DNA of 45,088 bases, taken from Basidiobolus ranarum. Its lineage: Eukaryota. This document shows positions 10,978-23,188 of the stretch, piece by piece. A model generated the notes under the pieces. The model was not told the origin of the DNA and ran no database searches. It worked only from the letters and a program-made list of their open reading frames with translations. The position numbers and the translations under genes were made by a program. Where the stretch lies: the NCBI GenBank assembly GCA_040143965.1, contig JASJQH010006903.1:1-45088 (forward strand), given 5' to 3'. The first letter of the stretch is position 1. Every line of letters starts with the position of its first letter.

Positions 10978-13900
10978 ATGGCTAAACCACGACGTTTCTC
11001 TTTTGACTCACCTTTGGTGGAGTCAAGCGTCGCACCAGGAAAGGTTGACATCACCCCTAGATTATTTCCGGTCTCTAAACGAAACCACTTCAGAAGTCAA
11101 CCTGAAAGAGAGGACGTTACAAATTTATTCAAATATCAACGTATATCGGTAACACCAAGTTCACTAGACGAAGATAGTTTCGATATTTCGGAGATTGAAT
11201 CTTCTATGAAACCGTTCCCTTCAAGTGAAACAGTAAATTTAAAAGTAGAGAAAAAGAATACTCGTTCATTTAGTGGAAAATCAAAGTTACTAAATATCGA
11301 ACAAACTACTCGTAACCATGGTATGTAGTGGATCTTTTGGATGAGAAAGAAGAATACCTTCCTAACTTTATATACCTGTTATGTTTTTGTTAGACTTTAG
11401 CATACCGGAGTCCAATGATTCTGCAGAAAATAAGGACATTATTCAGCAAACTGTTATGAATTCGATTTCGTCCTTTGAAAATGATACCATTGAACCTACT
11501 TATCAACCTCTATCGGGGACCAATCGAGGATTTCCTACCAGACTTTTCAACCACTCGGGTAAAGCTAGAGGATTTAAATCGAACCTTTTGTGTGGTTAAA
11601 TTTAACTTTAATATTGAATGTTAGGGTCTGGAACTCCGGTGATGGAAAAGTTTCAACGTGGCTCATTTGAGAGTATATCAGATACTATGTCAGATCAATC
11701 ACTCATTCATTCCACTCCCAAGAACGCCAGCTTAGAACTCATTCCTGATTCTCACTCTGAACCAAAAAGAAAACAAGAGAGATCCATGGAAATGACCCCT
11801 CCTTCGAACAATAACTCATTAACTCCTTCTAGAGAAGATGGAGTGATCGTTTCAGAAACACCCGAGTCTGTAGCTTCACCTAATAACTCTGAACTGTCTC
11901 CATGCCCAAATAGATTGATTTGTCAGGATACAATCGCCCCTTCACCAGCAAACCTATCCAAAAATGAAATAGCTTCTTTGGAATGGGATGTATCTAGAGA
12001 AACCGGAATTTCAAATCGAATCAAGTTGAAGGGAACTAAGCAAGCAATCATTAATCCTAGCATGTCTCCTAGCCAGATAGTCACTAACACATGTATGAAA
12101 AAGTTCATCTTCAATGGAGACCAAACGACAGTCACCCAAAAAAAACCAACTCCATCACGACTCCTGCGTAAACTTTACCGAAAAAGTGGTGGTAGAGAGC
12201 TATTTAGAAGCGAGCTGAAACATCGGTTCAATATACATACATTAAAGGGGAAGAAAGCCGGTAATACAAGAAATCCTTCAAAACTCAATGAGTCTGATAT
12301 CGACCAGCAAGTCACTTTCAATCCCCCTAAAGCCACTCAACCTATCTTTTCATCGGAAAATATTTCAGAAAAAGCAGTAGAGCAGGTCAACACAAAACAG
12401 GAATTTCAAGAGCCTCACCTTTCAAATAAACCTTGGATAGACTCTACCAATTTGAAGGAAGATAACCAATCCACCCTCCAATTGGAGGAAAGTAATTCAA
12501 AAGAGGCAGAGGAACAGATGGAATATCAGGTTGAACTTCAATATACCATATCTCAAGATCCAGACACCTCTATTTCGGAATTGGCCGAAGAGCATTCTAC
12601 AAGCAGAGAACAAGATACTAATAGAACGCCTCTGAAAAACATTCTTGTCGGTTCGGATAATCCAAGTATCGATTTTGAATCGAAGAGCTCTCAACAAAAC
12701 GATAACTCTCAACGTAGTCAAGTTAACGACAGAAAACTCGCTTCTCAGATTACGATCGAGATTCAACCCGATGCATCTCCTCTTCATGGCAGTGACAAAG
12801 ATAAAACTGACTCTAATAACCAGCCCATTTTAGAGCTGGTTAGAAACCAGACTGATCATCGTGAACCATCAATCAATAGAAAATCGCCTAATACGACCAC
12901 ATCTACGCTTAAACTCACCGAGATTCCTATACCAATTCTACCCAACCCGCCACAGAAATTCAAGGGTAAACTGCCCAATTCTCTTGGTAACAGTGCTTCT
13001 GATCTCGGCAAGGAATGCTCCATCCAGGATTTTTCATTCGAATCATCCTCTATCTCATCAGCCGATCATATCATTGATTTCGTAGCTCCTTCGTCCGTAC
13101 TGGTGGATCATGAAATGGAAAAGAATGAGATGGGCTCTGTTCATGCATCTGCGTTAGTGGAAAGTACCATGTCTACACCTGCAAGCCATCTTAATAATTC
13201 TAATAAAGATGCGCCTAATGTGCCAAGCGGGGAGTTCACCGAAAGCTCTTTTGAAAATGATACATCTTCCGCATCTTGGCTAGACACAAAGGATTACCCC
13301 AAGGAGTCTTCAGGGCGTCAATCGGTTAACTCTCTTCCGCCAAAATCTAGTCAGAGCTCTAAGAATGCATCACGAGAACTCGGTGTGGTGTACGTCAAAG
13401 CCCCATCTTCCAATCCATCGGTTGAAATAGTCTGCAGCAGCCAAGGTGGTAAAGGTAGTCCGCTTGTTAGTAAAGTCCAAGATTCTGAACAAAGTGAGTT
13501 TAAAAAACCACTATCTCCATTAAAATCCCACCAAATGACCTCGATCAGTAGTACACCCAACAATAATTGCGAAATTCTTGGGAAGGATATTGTCCCTGAC
13601 TCTTGTGAAGATATAAACCACGAATCGATTAAGATGCTATTACCAGTAGATCGGCAAATAGGGAAAACTTCTAGTAAAAGATCTAGAGAAAACGAAGAGA
13701 ACACTAATAGACCTTGCAAGAAAGGAAAATCAGAAGATACTAAAAGACGTCTAGTAAAAATGGACTTAAATACATCCATTACTTTGCAAGAGGATAGGTG
13801 TTTGAAAGCTACTGTTCATGAAGCTTTGTATAGTTCATGCCCTTCCAATTCAAAGCGTAGCACCAAAAGAATGGCACTAATCACCCCCTCCCCAACTCAG

Positions 13901-15858
13901 GTTCCCATAACAGATATCAAAACCAAGTACAAGTCAGTGTGTGATGACTCCCTTGTCACTCCACCATCATCAACAACATCGAGTATAACTCAACCTAATG
14001 ATGGTTCCAATGAAAAGGCGATTCCCTCTAAACGCACCACACGGCACACTCAACTATGCCATCAGTGCAAAGGGCCATGCACAAATGGGTCACAAACATT
14101 ATGTGATAGTTGCGAGACAGTGAATTCAATCCCCAGAATCAAGTCCGCCAAAACCGAAAGTAAAAAAGGGAATAGAAAGGACAAAGAACCCTTGATTAAA
14201 TCATCCTCATCACCCGAGGGGAGGACCGGCTCTTACCCTGTTAGTTATCAAGTTGATAATCGTGTCTGGGCCAAGTGGGACGGTGACTCCCATTTCTACT
14301 CCGCTACAATAGTAGCAGAGGCTGACACCTCGAAATACATGGTGAAATTTGATGACGGTGATGAGGGGATTTGTGAAATAGCATGTCTTCGCCCGTTGGT
14401 ACTGCTAAAGGATACTTCAATCTTTGCGGTGCGAACTAAGAGGCATATGTTTGAAGCGAAAGTGATATCATCTGCGACTGAACTAGTAGAAGAATACGAA
14501 GTAGAGTTTGTTGATCAATCTCATGAGAAGCGTTTGATTCAAACCAAAGACATCATCATGAACGATCACATGCTAACCTTACTTGATCAAAATGTGATTC
14601 ATTGGGAGAGATTCCATAGCTTCATGAACAATCATGCGGTAGAAAAAGAGAGTGGAAGCGTCGACTCAGAAGTGACAGAGAATGGTAAAGCATCTTTGAA
14701 TAGACTTTAGTGTATTTATATTATATTTGTATACATCTCTAACAGTAACTCGATGTTTCTTTTAGGTATTTTCAAGGGTCTCGGATTTTTAATTACCAAC
14801 ATACGTACCAATAACAGTGAAGAGAGAAAATGTGGAGGTGATGAAGCCATTGAAGGTACTTTCTTCATACTTTTCTTATGGGATATTTAGTTCATTCACT
14901 CAACTGCTCCTCTTAGGGAGATTTATGGATGATTTTGACAGGAACAAGATTGTCTCTATAATCAAACACCACGAGGGAATCGTTATTTCGGACTTTTCTG
15001 ATATCTATAATGGCCGTGAAAGGATTCCGTTCAAATCTGCGAGTGATATTAAAGACATTTTCGTGATCGCCAGTAGCTCTAAAAGAACCAAAAAATACCT
15101 CATGGCTTTGGCCTTAGGGATACCACGCGTTTCCAGTGTTTGGGTGGCTGAATGTGCTCGACAGGTGAGAAAAATATTCAAAATATATCGCAGAAACAAG
15201 TGAGACTAATTCCTTACTATTCCTTCCCTTCTCTTCCCTTCACTTTTATAATCATAGAAACAACTGCTGAACTACCAGAGTTATCAACTCTGTAATGGTT
15301 GGTCAAGAGAGTTAAACGCATTCGCGTCAAGTGTACCCACAGGCCATAGCGACGGATTGTTTAAGCAATTGACTTTGTATATCAATGGAAGTAACACTTT
15401 CAGAGTAAGTTATTTCCTTGGCATGCGACCCCCTACATAACCATCCCACACACACTGAACTGCTCACTAATCATTCCCCATTCTACTTCTAGTCTGATTG
15501 GGAATCTACCCTCGAAGCAGGTGGTGCAACAATTTTATCCAAGAAATGTCTAACGAATCATTCAGTGAATTTGGCGAAACCGATTCTATGTGATTACGTG
15601 ATCAATGAGAAAGCACCGAGTAGTAAATTCTTAGAAACAGTTAGACGTCGTCTTCGTTGTCAGAATTATTCGAATATCACTGCCAGCGGAACCAGGACTC
15701 AAACTCGTACTACTTCAATCACCATATCTAATGAAGTGGATCAAGATATTTATCCGAAATTAATTTCCGCTGAATGGGCAGTACAATGTTTAATTAATCA
15801 AAGATTGACCGATTGGAATCGACATGAAGCTTATACGAAATGGGAAAAAGAGAAATAG
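10978..15858 (+). CDS. DNA-damage checkpoint mediator Crb2/Rad9/53BP1-like (long disordered N-terminus, Tudor, tandem BRCT), multi-exon
   Basis: Tudor VWAKWDGDSHFYSATI...VKFDDG. BRCT1 GIFKGLGFLIT...RTKKYLMALALGIPRVSSVWV. BRCT2 ends with SAEWAVQCLINQR. S/T-P- and SQ-rich N-terminus. Confidence 0.85.
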
Positions 15859-16093
15859 TAGAGTTGAGATGGGATGGGATAGAGGGGAGGAGAGGAGGGT
15901 TGGTTGATTCTTCACATTGTTTCGTTTAATGTGATTTGGCCGTTATCTGTCCTGAGCTAGCAAGTATATATATGTATTTCTCAATTTTGTTGTATATAAA
16001 AATCATTCGTTCATGAAAATTTATTGATCTATATACTATACAGTTGTGCCTTCATTCAAAAGGAAGAGGAAAAAACTGGATAGGTTGAGTTTA

Positions 16094-16162
16094 GGGTGTT
16101 GGGTTTGGGCCTGGGTATTGGTATTGGTAAGGGTATGGTATGGGTATGGGTATGGGTATGGG
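16094..16162 (+). repeat. G-rich simple repeat including (GGGTAT)n; two potential G-quadruplex tracts
   Basis: GGG runs at 16094, 16101, 16107, 16113 and at 16131, 16142, 16148, 16154, 16160, between two convergent genes. Confidence 0.7.
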
Positions 16163-16230
16163 AATAAAATAACCAAATATAGGTTGAGAAGAGATTAAAA
16201 AGAGGAGACAAACTAGTATTCACTCATTGA

Positions 16231-17914
16231 TTAATCGATCTTCTTTGGATGTTTGATTCTAAGACACCAAATATCAAAATAAGCACAAACATCATTAATA
16301 ACCGATATAGCGAAGTGACCATAAGCTATAATAGAATAAGTAAGAGCCAAAAGAATGTAAGTAAATTCATATTCTAGTGAAAATATTGGAGACCTATCAA
16401 AAAAAGAAGGATTAGTTGAAAGAGAATTTAGAATCCTCATCATATTCATGACCCATATTTACCGTTGGAAATAGGCAGGTAGTGAAGCGTTAAGTGTACC
16501 AAAAATCAAGGGAATAAATATCCGATGGAAATATGGGAATGGTGCTTTGGTAACATGGGCAAGTATGATACGACCAACCATATATCCAAATGAGCATCCA
16601 CAATAAACCAAAAATGGTGTCGAATGTTCAGTAACAATATTGGGGGATGCATTGAGCCAAATATATACCAGTCCAACACTAGCAATAAATGGTAATAGAC
16701 CAGATAGTGCTTTCATGGGAGATTCGTTCTTTTTCTTCGAAGATTTAATCACAGTGACAATGCTAAATGAATGAAAGGAATTAATGATGGTTGCTTTCAC
16801 TTCTATCGTAGTTCAAATCATTTACCTGTTGAAAATGTTCGCACTAATAATGATAATTGAAAGCCAATTGAAAAATTCATTCATAGGTGAATCTGGTACC
16901 CATGTCAATGAACCTGGAGCAATACCAAGAATATGTCGCATGGATAATTTCCAAAAGGCAGAACCACCATCTAATTGAAATTTGCTTTAAAATAGGAAGT
17001 TATGAAGGCATTTATCTATTTTCAACTTACCCACAAATCCAGTCAGAATAAATAATAAAACAAGCATCACAATCCCCTCCACTGGTCCACTGAAATATCC
17101 AAGATAGAGTGTTCCAGTATGGTACTCTTCCCAAGTGGAAAGATAAAAGTTACTGGTCGCTATATTTTCATACAATATTAGATAATTATAAAGTTTTAAG
17201 TATTCTTTTAAAATGGTTAATTACAAGCAAGGAAAACGACCAATGTCCACCAGGATTGGCCAATACCTAAAACTGAAGCTGAGATAATAGTTCCCAACTA
17301 TCGAGGGAGATAAAACGGTGAGTAGTTGGGCTTGAGTAAATTATCTGCTTCATAGTAACTTACGGCAGTATTAAGAGCATCACAACCTAATAAAGAAAAT
17401 TTTAAGTATGTTGATAACATCTCACCAGGTGAAAATATTTACCGTGGTCAAACATCTCTCCTAAAGGACCAGAGGTACCCGTGCGACGAGCTTGTTTACC
17501 ATCAATAGCATCAAGAGAGGCATAAACCCAAAGACCGAGGGCGTAACTTGAAATTGGTTTAGTACAGGTACCCTGAGAATATGGGAAATAACAAATGACT
17601 CACGTTAAGTACACCCAACTAGGCACAGGTTCACTCAACGTAGGATCCAATAGCATAACAGTGACAAAATTCGCGACCACGCATAGGAAACCAAGGAGAG
17701 TAATAAGGTTTGGTCTAAAGAATATAAATTAGACCCTTTTCTACAAAGGAAGATGAAATAAAAGAAAGATAACTTACGCCATCCACATTGGAAAGAGTTT
17801 TACTAGACCCGTCCAATAAGGTTGTAACACATATTTGGATAGAAGAGACTTATCGATACCGCTGTATTGATATTTAGACAAGTTATTAAGATACTCCTTC
17901 TTTATGTAAGGCAT
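16231..17914 (-). CDS. Choline/ethanolamine phosphotransferase (CDP-alcohol phosphatidyltransferase, Cpt1/Ept1), many exons
   Basis: N-terminus [34 protein letters not shown]...[13 protein letters not shown]. Catalytic motif [26 protein letters not shown]. Also [14 protein letters not shown]. Confidence 0.92.
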
Positions 17915-18464
17915 TTTAAAAGGGCCGAGTAGTAACTCAAGAACTTTGGGTTTAGAGGATTAGTATGGTTACAGCAGGCGTTAGTCTTCGGGCAAGATCC
18001 CACATAGCTTTGAGATCCGTATTAAAAATCCCCCCGTTTCCTCTTTCAGGCAATTTTTTTATTTTGTGTCAGGTACAAGTTATTGGCATGTGAGAATCAA
18101 TATTCGATCATTTTCCCGGTTAACTAGGAATGAATTTTGCTATCCTATCATAAAACCGGGTCTTAATGTTTTCAGAGTATCACCACTACATACTGCAGTT
18201 AATAGATTCCATGTTGATTTGTGTATTTTTCTGTGCATTAGAAAGTCATCACTAATGCTAGTGTCAGTTTTACCATTGCTTCTGCCATTACTCTTGAAAT
18301 ATAGTTAGACTCGAAGTGAAGGACAAACAAACCCATCCACTAATGATGTAGTTTGTGGCACGTGGTCATTGCTTCAGAAGCTGGGGACACAGATGAATAA
18401 AATAGGTTACTGTTCAGAAAACCTCCCTAAACTATTTTTTCAAATCGTGAATGAACTCTACATT

Positions 18465-21013
18465 ATGGGACATTCATTGTATTCACTAACTCTTTATTCG
18501 GTATTAGCATTCCTTTCACCAGTGTTTGGAAGTAGCCATGTCAGACAAAATCACCAAGAACATCACTACTACGCGATACAATCAACCTCACCAACCGAGG
18601 TGGCAAATTTATTGCATCTGACTCATCTTGGCCAAATTGGGGAACTTGATAATTATCATCTGTTCTCTTGTCCAAAAATGGCTAGTGAAAGTGATCCTGT
18701 TAACGAACATATTAGCATGTTACAAGAACATCGTATGGCAGGACGTCTGGAAAAACGTTCTTTAACAGCATTGAATAGCATCTATTCTTTAGAAAAACAG
18801 ATCCCTCGTCTTCGAAACAAAAGAGGCCCCCTTCCTCCTCCTTTGATATCTACACAACCAGATTCCCAAGAATATCCTAATGCCACCACTGTGGCCAAGA
18901 CTTTGAACTTAGAAGACCCGGGCTTTTATAACCAGTGGTTCCTGGTAACTTTTTTCCATAGAACTGTTGACTAATCACTTGAAGCTAACCTACATGATTT
19001 AGCATAATGACGCTATTCCAAGGAATGATATCAACGTGACTGGTGTGTGGGCACAGGGTATCACAGGTAAAGGTGTAGTGGTAGCTATCTTGGATGACGG
19101 GTTGGATATGGATAATCAGGACTTGACAAACAACTATGTTAGCTTCTTGTTATTTTGAATTGTTCATCATTACCATTGGAGACTAACAAGAACTTACTAG
19201 TTTGCTGAAGGCTCGTTTGATTTCAATGATCATGTTAGTCAACCAAAACCCAGATTGTCAGATGATTACCATGGTACACGATGCGCTGGTGAAATAGCAG
19301 CCGCGAAGAATGATCTGTGTGGGATTGGAGTAGCGTATGAGGCTCAAGTAGCTGGTATACACCGTTCTTTGGAGCTAAACTTTATCCTTGGTTAATTCAT
19401 TACATTCAATCTCCTTAGGAATACGAATTTTGTCAGCAGAAATCACGGACACTGACGAAGCATTGGCCATTAATTATCAGTACCAGAAGAATCACGTATA
19501 CTCTTGCAGCTGGGGTCCGCCAGATGACGGAAAATCAATGGATGGACCAAGTGGCGTCATCTTATACGCTTTGATGAATGGTATTCAGAAAGGACGGGGT
19601 GGGAAAGGAAGTATTTATGTTTTTGCGTCAGGGAATGGAGGCTCCAATGATGACAACTGCAACTTTGATGGGTATACCAACAGTATCTATACAGTTACCA
19701 TTGGTGCTATCGATCGTACAAACTCTCACCCATTTTATTCGGAAATTTGTGCGGCACAATTAGCAGTTTCCTATAGTAGTGGTCAAGGAAGCTTTATAGT
19801 ATGTATTCCCTGCTTAAGAAAGTCAATTCATTGAAATCCGCTTTCACAGTTTTTACTAAGATATCCATTGATAGTACACTACAGATGTTGGTCAGAAAAG
19901 TTGCACAAGTGCTCACGGAGGAACATCAGCAGCAGCACCGCTGGCCGCCGGAATGGTCGCTCTTGCATTATCCATTAGGTACGTAATACACTGTATCGCT
20001 GCCATATCTTCGTATATTCATGAGTTTCATTCAATTCCCTTTATGAAATAGGCCAGATTTGCATTGGCGAGATATTCAACATCTATGTGTTCGAGCTGCC
20101 GTCCCAATATCACTCGAAGATAAAGACTGGAAGCCCACTGCAGTTGGCAGATTGTTCAATCATAAATTTGGTTACGGAAAGTTAGACGCTTACCAGTTAG
20201 TGGAGGCAGCGAAAACTCATCAACTAGTAGGGCCGCAAATTCGTATGGAAACTCCAGTCCAAGTTGTGGAAAAGACGATTCCCCAAGACTCGACCGGAAT
20301 CAATAGCACCATAGTAATCACTGATTCGGAGATCAGCAAATATGAACTTAATTTTCTAGAACATATTACTGTTCAAGTAAATATTGCCCATGAAAGGCGG
20401 GGGGATTTAGAGGTCTACCTCATTTCACCAAACCAGGTTGTCTCCCAATTAGCAGCACGCCGTAGACGAGATGAAAGTACAAGGGGCATAACGGATTGGA
20501 CATTCATGTCTGTAAAGCATTGGCAAGTACCTGTTTCCTGTATAAACATTTAATGAAGAAAATCCTAAGTTTACGTACATTATCTTTAGGGATGAATCAC
20601 CTGTGGGCAACTGGACTCTGCAAGTCATAGATCGTATACACCCTCAAAAGGGTGGGACTTTTCTGAATTGGTCAATCATTATGTTTGGTATCAAATCGAA
20701 TCCAAATCTCGTTGTGAGGTCTAAAGCAACTCAGGCGACACCTACTGGCCATTCTAGCAAAAAGACACAAGCGGATGCTCAAGAGCAGCTTACCCTAACA
20801 ATCTCTGAAGAATCTAGTATAGATTCCAGTTGGTATCTTGCACTCAGTATATTCGCGGTCATGGGGGTTCTGACAATAGGATATTTTGTTGCTCGAAACT
20901 ATCGAGGGAAAAATCTATACCGTGTGATTGCCATTGAAAATCACGAGGAGAACTCTAGCCCTGAGCCTCAGTTCATAAACGAAAGCACTGACCCGCTGTT
21001 AGAAGAAAGTTAA
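18465..21013 (+). CDS. KEX2: Kexin/furin-type proprotein convertase (S8B), 7 predicted exons
   Basis: Signal peptide, and a propeptide ending RNKR. Catalytic motifs [21 protein letters not shown] and [11 protein letters not shown]-domain (LEHITV...RRGDL), C-terminal TM and acidic tail. Confidence 0.95.
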
Positions 21014-21198
21014 AGGTAAATATATCCCTGCATCGATTACCCTTAGGCACCTTTTTGATGAGTAGCGCATATTCCTACATTCTACATGCTGCATTCATGA
21101 TGATATATTCGATCTCAAATAGATCTGGTGATGTGCCTTTATTGTGTATAAATGCTTATTATATAAATATACAGTCCATGCTAATATATATATTGGGC

Positions 21199-22206
21199 CT
21201 ACTCCATGGGTGATGTTAGTTTCACTTGAGATTGTGATTGTGAGTCATCCATTTCGTTAGATCCGTCTTCCTCGAGGTTAGAGAGCTCGATTGATTGCTT
21301 ATTCTCGTTATGAAGGTTAACCACGAAAGATCCCGGATGCTTAGTAATAAGAGAGTTCTGATTGTTGGTAGATTCTTCAGAATAGTTAAAATGTTGAAAT
21401 CCCATCCTGGAGACCAAACCCTCATATAGCAATTTAGAAAAAATGCACCCTATCGTGGATAGAATATATAAGTATCTGACAATGCAACCTACTGTATCAT
21501 TGGAGTACTTACAGTAGAACGTCATAGATATCACGGCGAAATATCCCTGCCAAAGATTATTCGCTAGCACACTAATCAAACCCAAGAATTGGAAGAGGGA
21601 CGCGACAGTAAAGAATCCCATTCCATCTTTTCTAACTACCTGTCCTATCCGCAATTTAAGGTCCTGCGCTTTCCTTGAACACCATTTGGCAAAATAGTAT
21701 AGGCAGAAAGCCAGAATAGTCATGTCTACCAGGCCTGTGATCTGAATGTAGATTTGTGGTAAATTCAGTTGGCACAGAGGATCACTACGGATGCCCAAGG
21801 ATATTAGAGTGGGCGCCAAAAGAGCAATCTTAATTAAACTCAAGATGCCCCCTGCCAGAACAATTAACTTGGACTTATTGTGAAGTGCATAGGCTTTCAG
21901 GATTAATATCCAGCTTACGGCGGCAGAGGAAAGGTAATAAAAGATGACATTAAGATAGGAGCCTAGTAAACAATCTTGGTCTAGCATGAAGGAATGAAGA
22001 ACGTTACTGAGCGTAGCTACAAGCCCCATGGTTGATTGAAGTAAACAGACCGTATGGCTAAAATTAAGTTTTTGGCGCACCAGTAGTAAAGAGTTATAGG
22101 AAGTGCTCCAGAAAACAATAAGCGATATAGAGTTCACTACCAAGTGGACGTTCGTTTGGTAAAACAACTCGCGCTCTGCTGCATAAGCTGGTGAGGATTC
22201 AGCCAT
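21199..22206 (-). CDS. Orphan seven-transmembrane protein (GPCR-like topology); probable 63-nt intron 21450-21512
   Basis: Seven hydrophobic segments after splicing. Cys before TM3 (QDCLL) and in the TM4-5 loop (DPLCQL), RKDGMGFF before TM6, and a Ser/acidic tail. Confidence 0.7.
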   Translation of the reverse strand: MAESSPAYAAERELFYQTNVHLVVNSISLIVFWSTSYNSLLLVRQKLNFSHTVCLLQSTMGLVATLSNVLHSFMLDQDCLLGSYLNVIFYYLSSAAVSWILILKAYALHNKSKLIVLAGGILSLIKIALLAPTLISLGIRSDPLCQLNLPQIYIQITGLVDMTILAFCLYYFAKWCSRKAQDLKLRIGQVVRKDGMGFFTVASLFQFLGLISVLANNLWQGYFAVISMTFYCKYSNDTVGCIVRYLYILSTIGCIFSKLLYEGLVSRMGFQHFNYSEESTNNQNSLITKHPGSFVVNLHNENKQSIELSNLEEDGSNEMDDSQSQSQVKLTSPME

Positions 22207-23188
22207 ACTCGGGATGATAAATTCTCTCTTCTTTCAATAGATTCTAGAATAGTGCTTGATAGCGCAGGATACAATGGAAGAGAATTTCAGTTGGGGCTCA
22301 CGGATGGTATCAACTGCCGTAAACTATTGCTGGTATTTAAATGAAAACCCACCTCTACACTGGTATACATTGACTTACTAAATTGGACATGGGGGAAGGA
22401 TAGAGTGGAACCAAACCTGAAGTGAGCGCTTAATGTTTGGACGATTTAGTCCAAATTGTAAATGCAAGTCAGATGCTGAAATTAACTTATGTTTCCGTGG
22501 TAAGATGCCGATTTTTTCATCGTGCAAATCTTTTGATTGGGATTAAATCAAGATTCGATTCCTGCTAGTTTCAAAGGTTAAGTGCTTTATGCTGAACCCA
22601 CTTAGTGTGAGATCTGTAGTACAATATGCTGAACTCACCAAGCATGTATATACACTCCATACAACATTCTAAAGAAGCTCTAATGTGACACGACTACGTC
22701 ATAAAGCCACCAAGATTCTAAATAAAACACTGTATGCACAGATTGGGCGTGCTAAAGGCAATGTTGGCCAGTCAATCCTACACGTACTACTTCAATAATG
22801 AAATGAAGGGGCACATTCACCAAGAGAAAACCAGGAGACGGTTTAGCAAACAAGCTTAGCATCAACTGAGTAGTCATCCTACAGGATTATTGTACGGTAA
22901 GCATTTCCTGTTCATGATTTTAGTTTATTACTTTGCATTTGCTAATCCTGTTCACTAGTCCTAGTAAAACGTGATTATGGAAATGGCCAAAAGAGATGCG
23001 TATAGAAAATCTAGTAGATGAACAAAGAGACCAGCGGCCAACTCCAAGCCGAATGGTATAAGAGTGAAGGAAATAATTTATAAATGAAAGAAAAGACGGG
23101 CTGTACATTATAAAGAATTCGATGATAAGCGGGCTTGATTGCATAGATTGTCTAAAGAATCTTTAAGGAGACTGTGGTCATTTATGGC

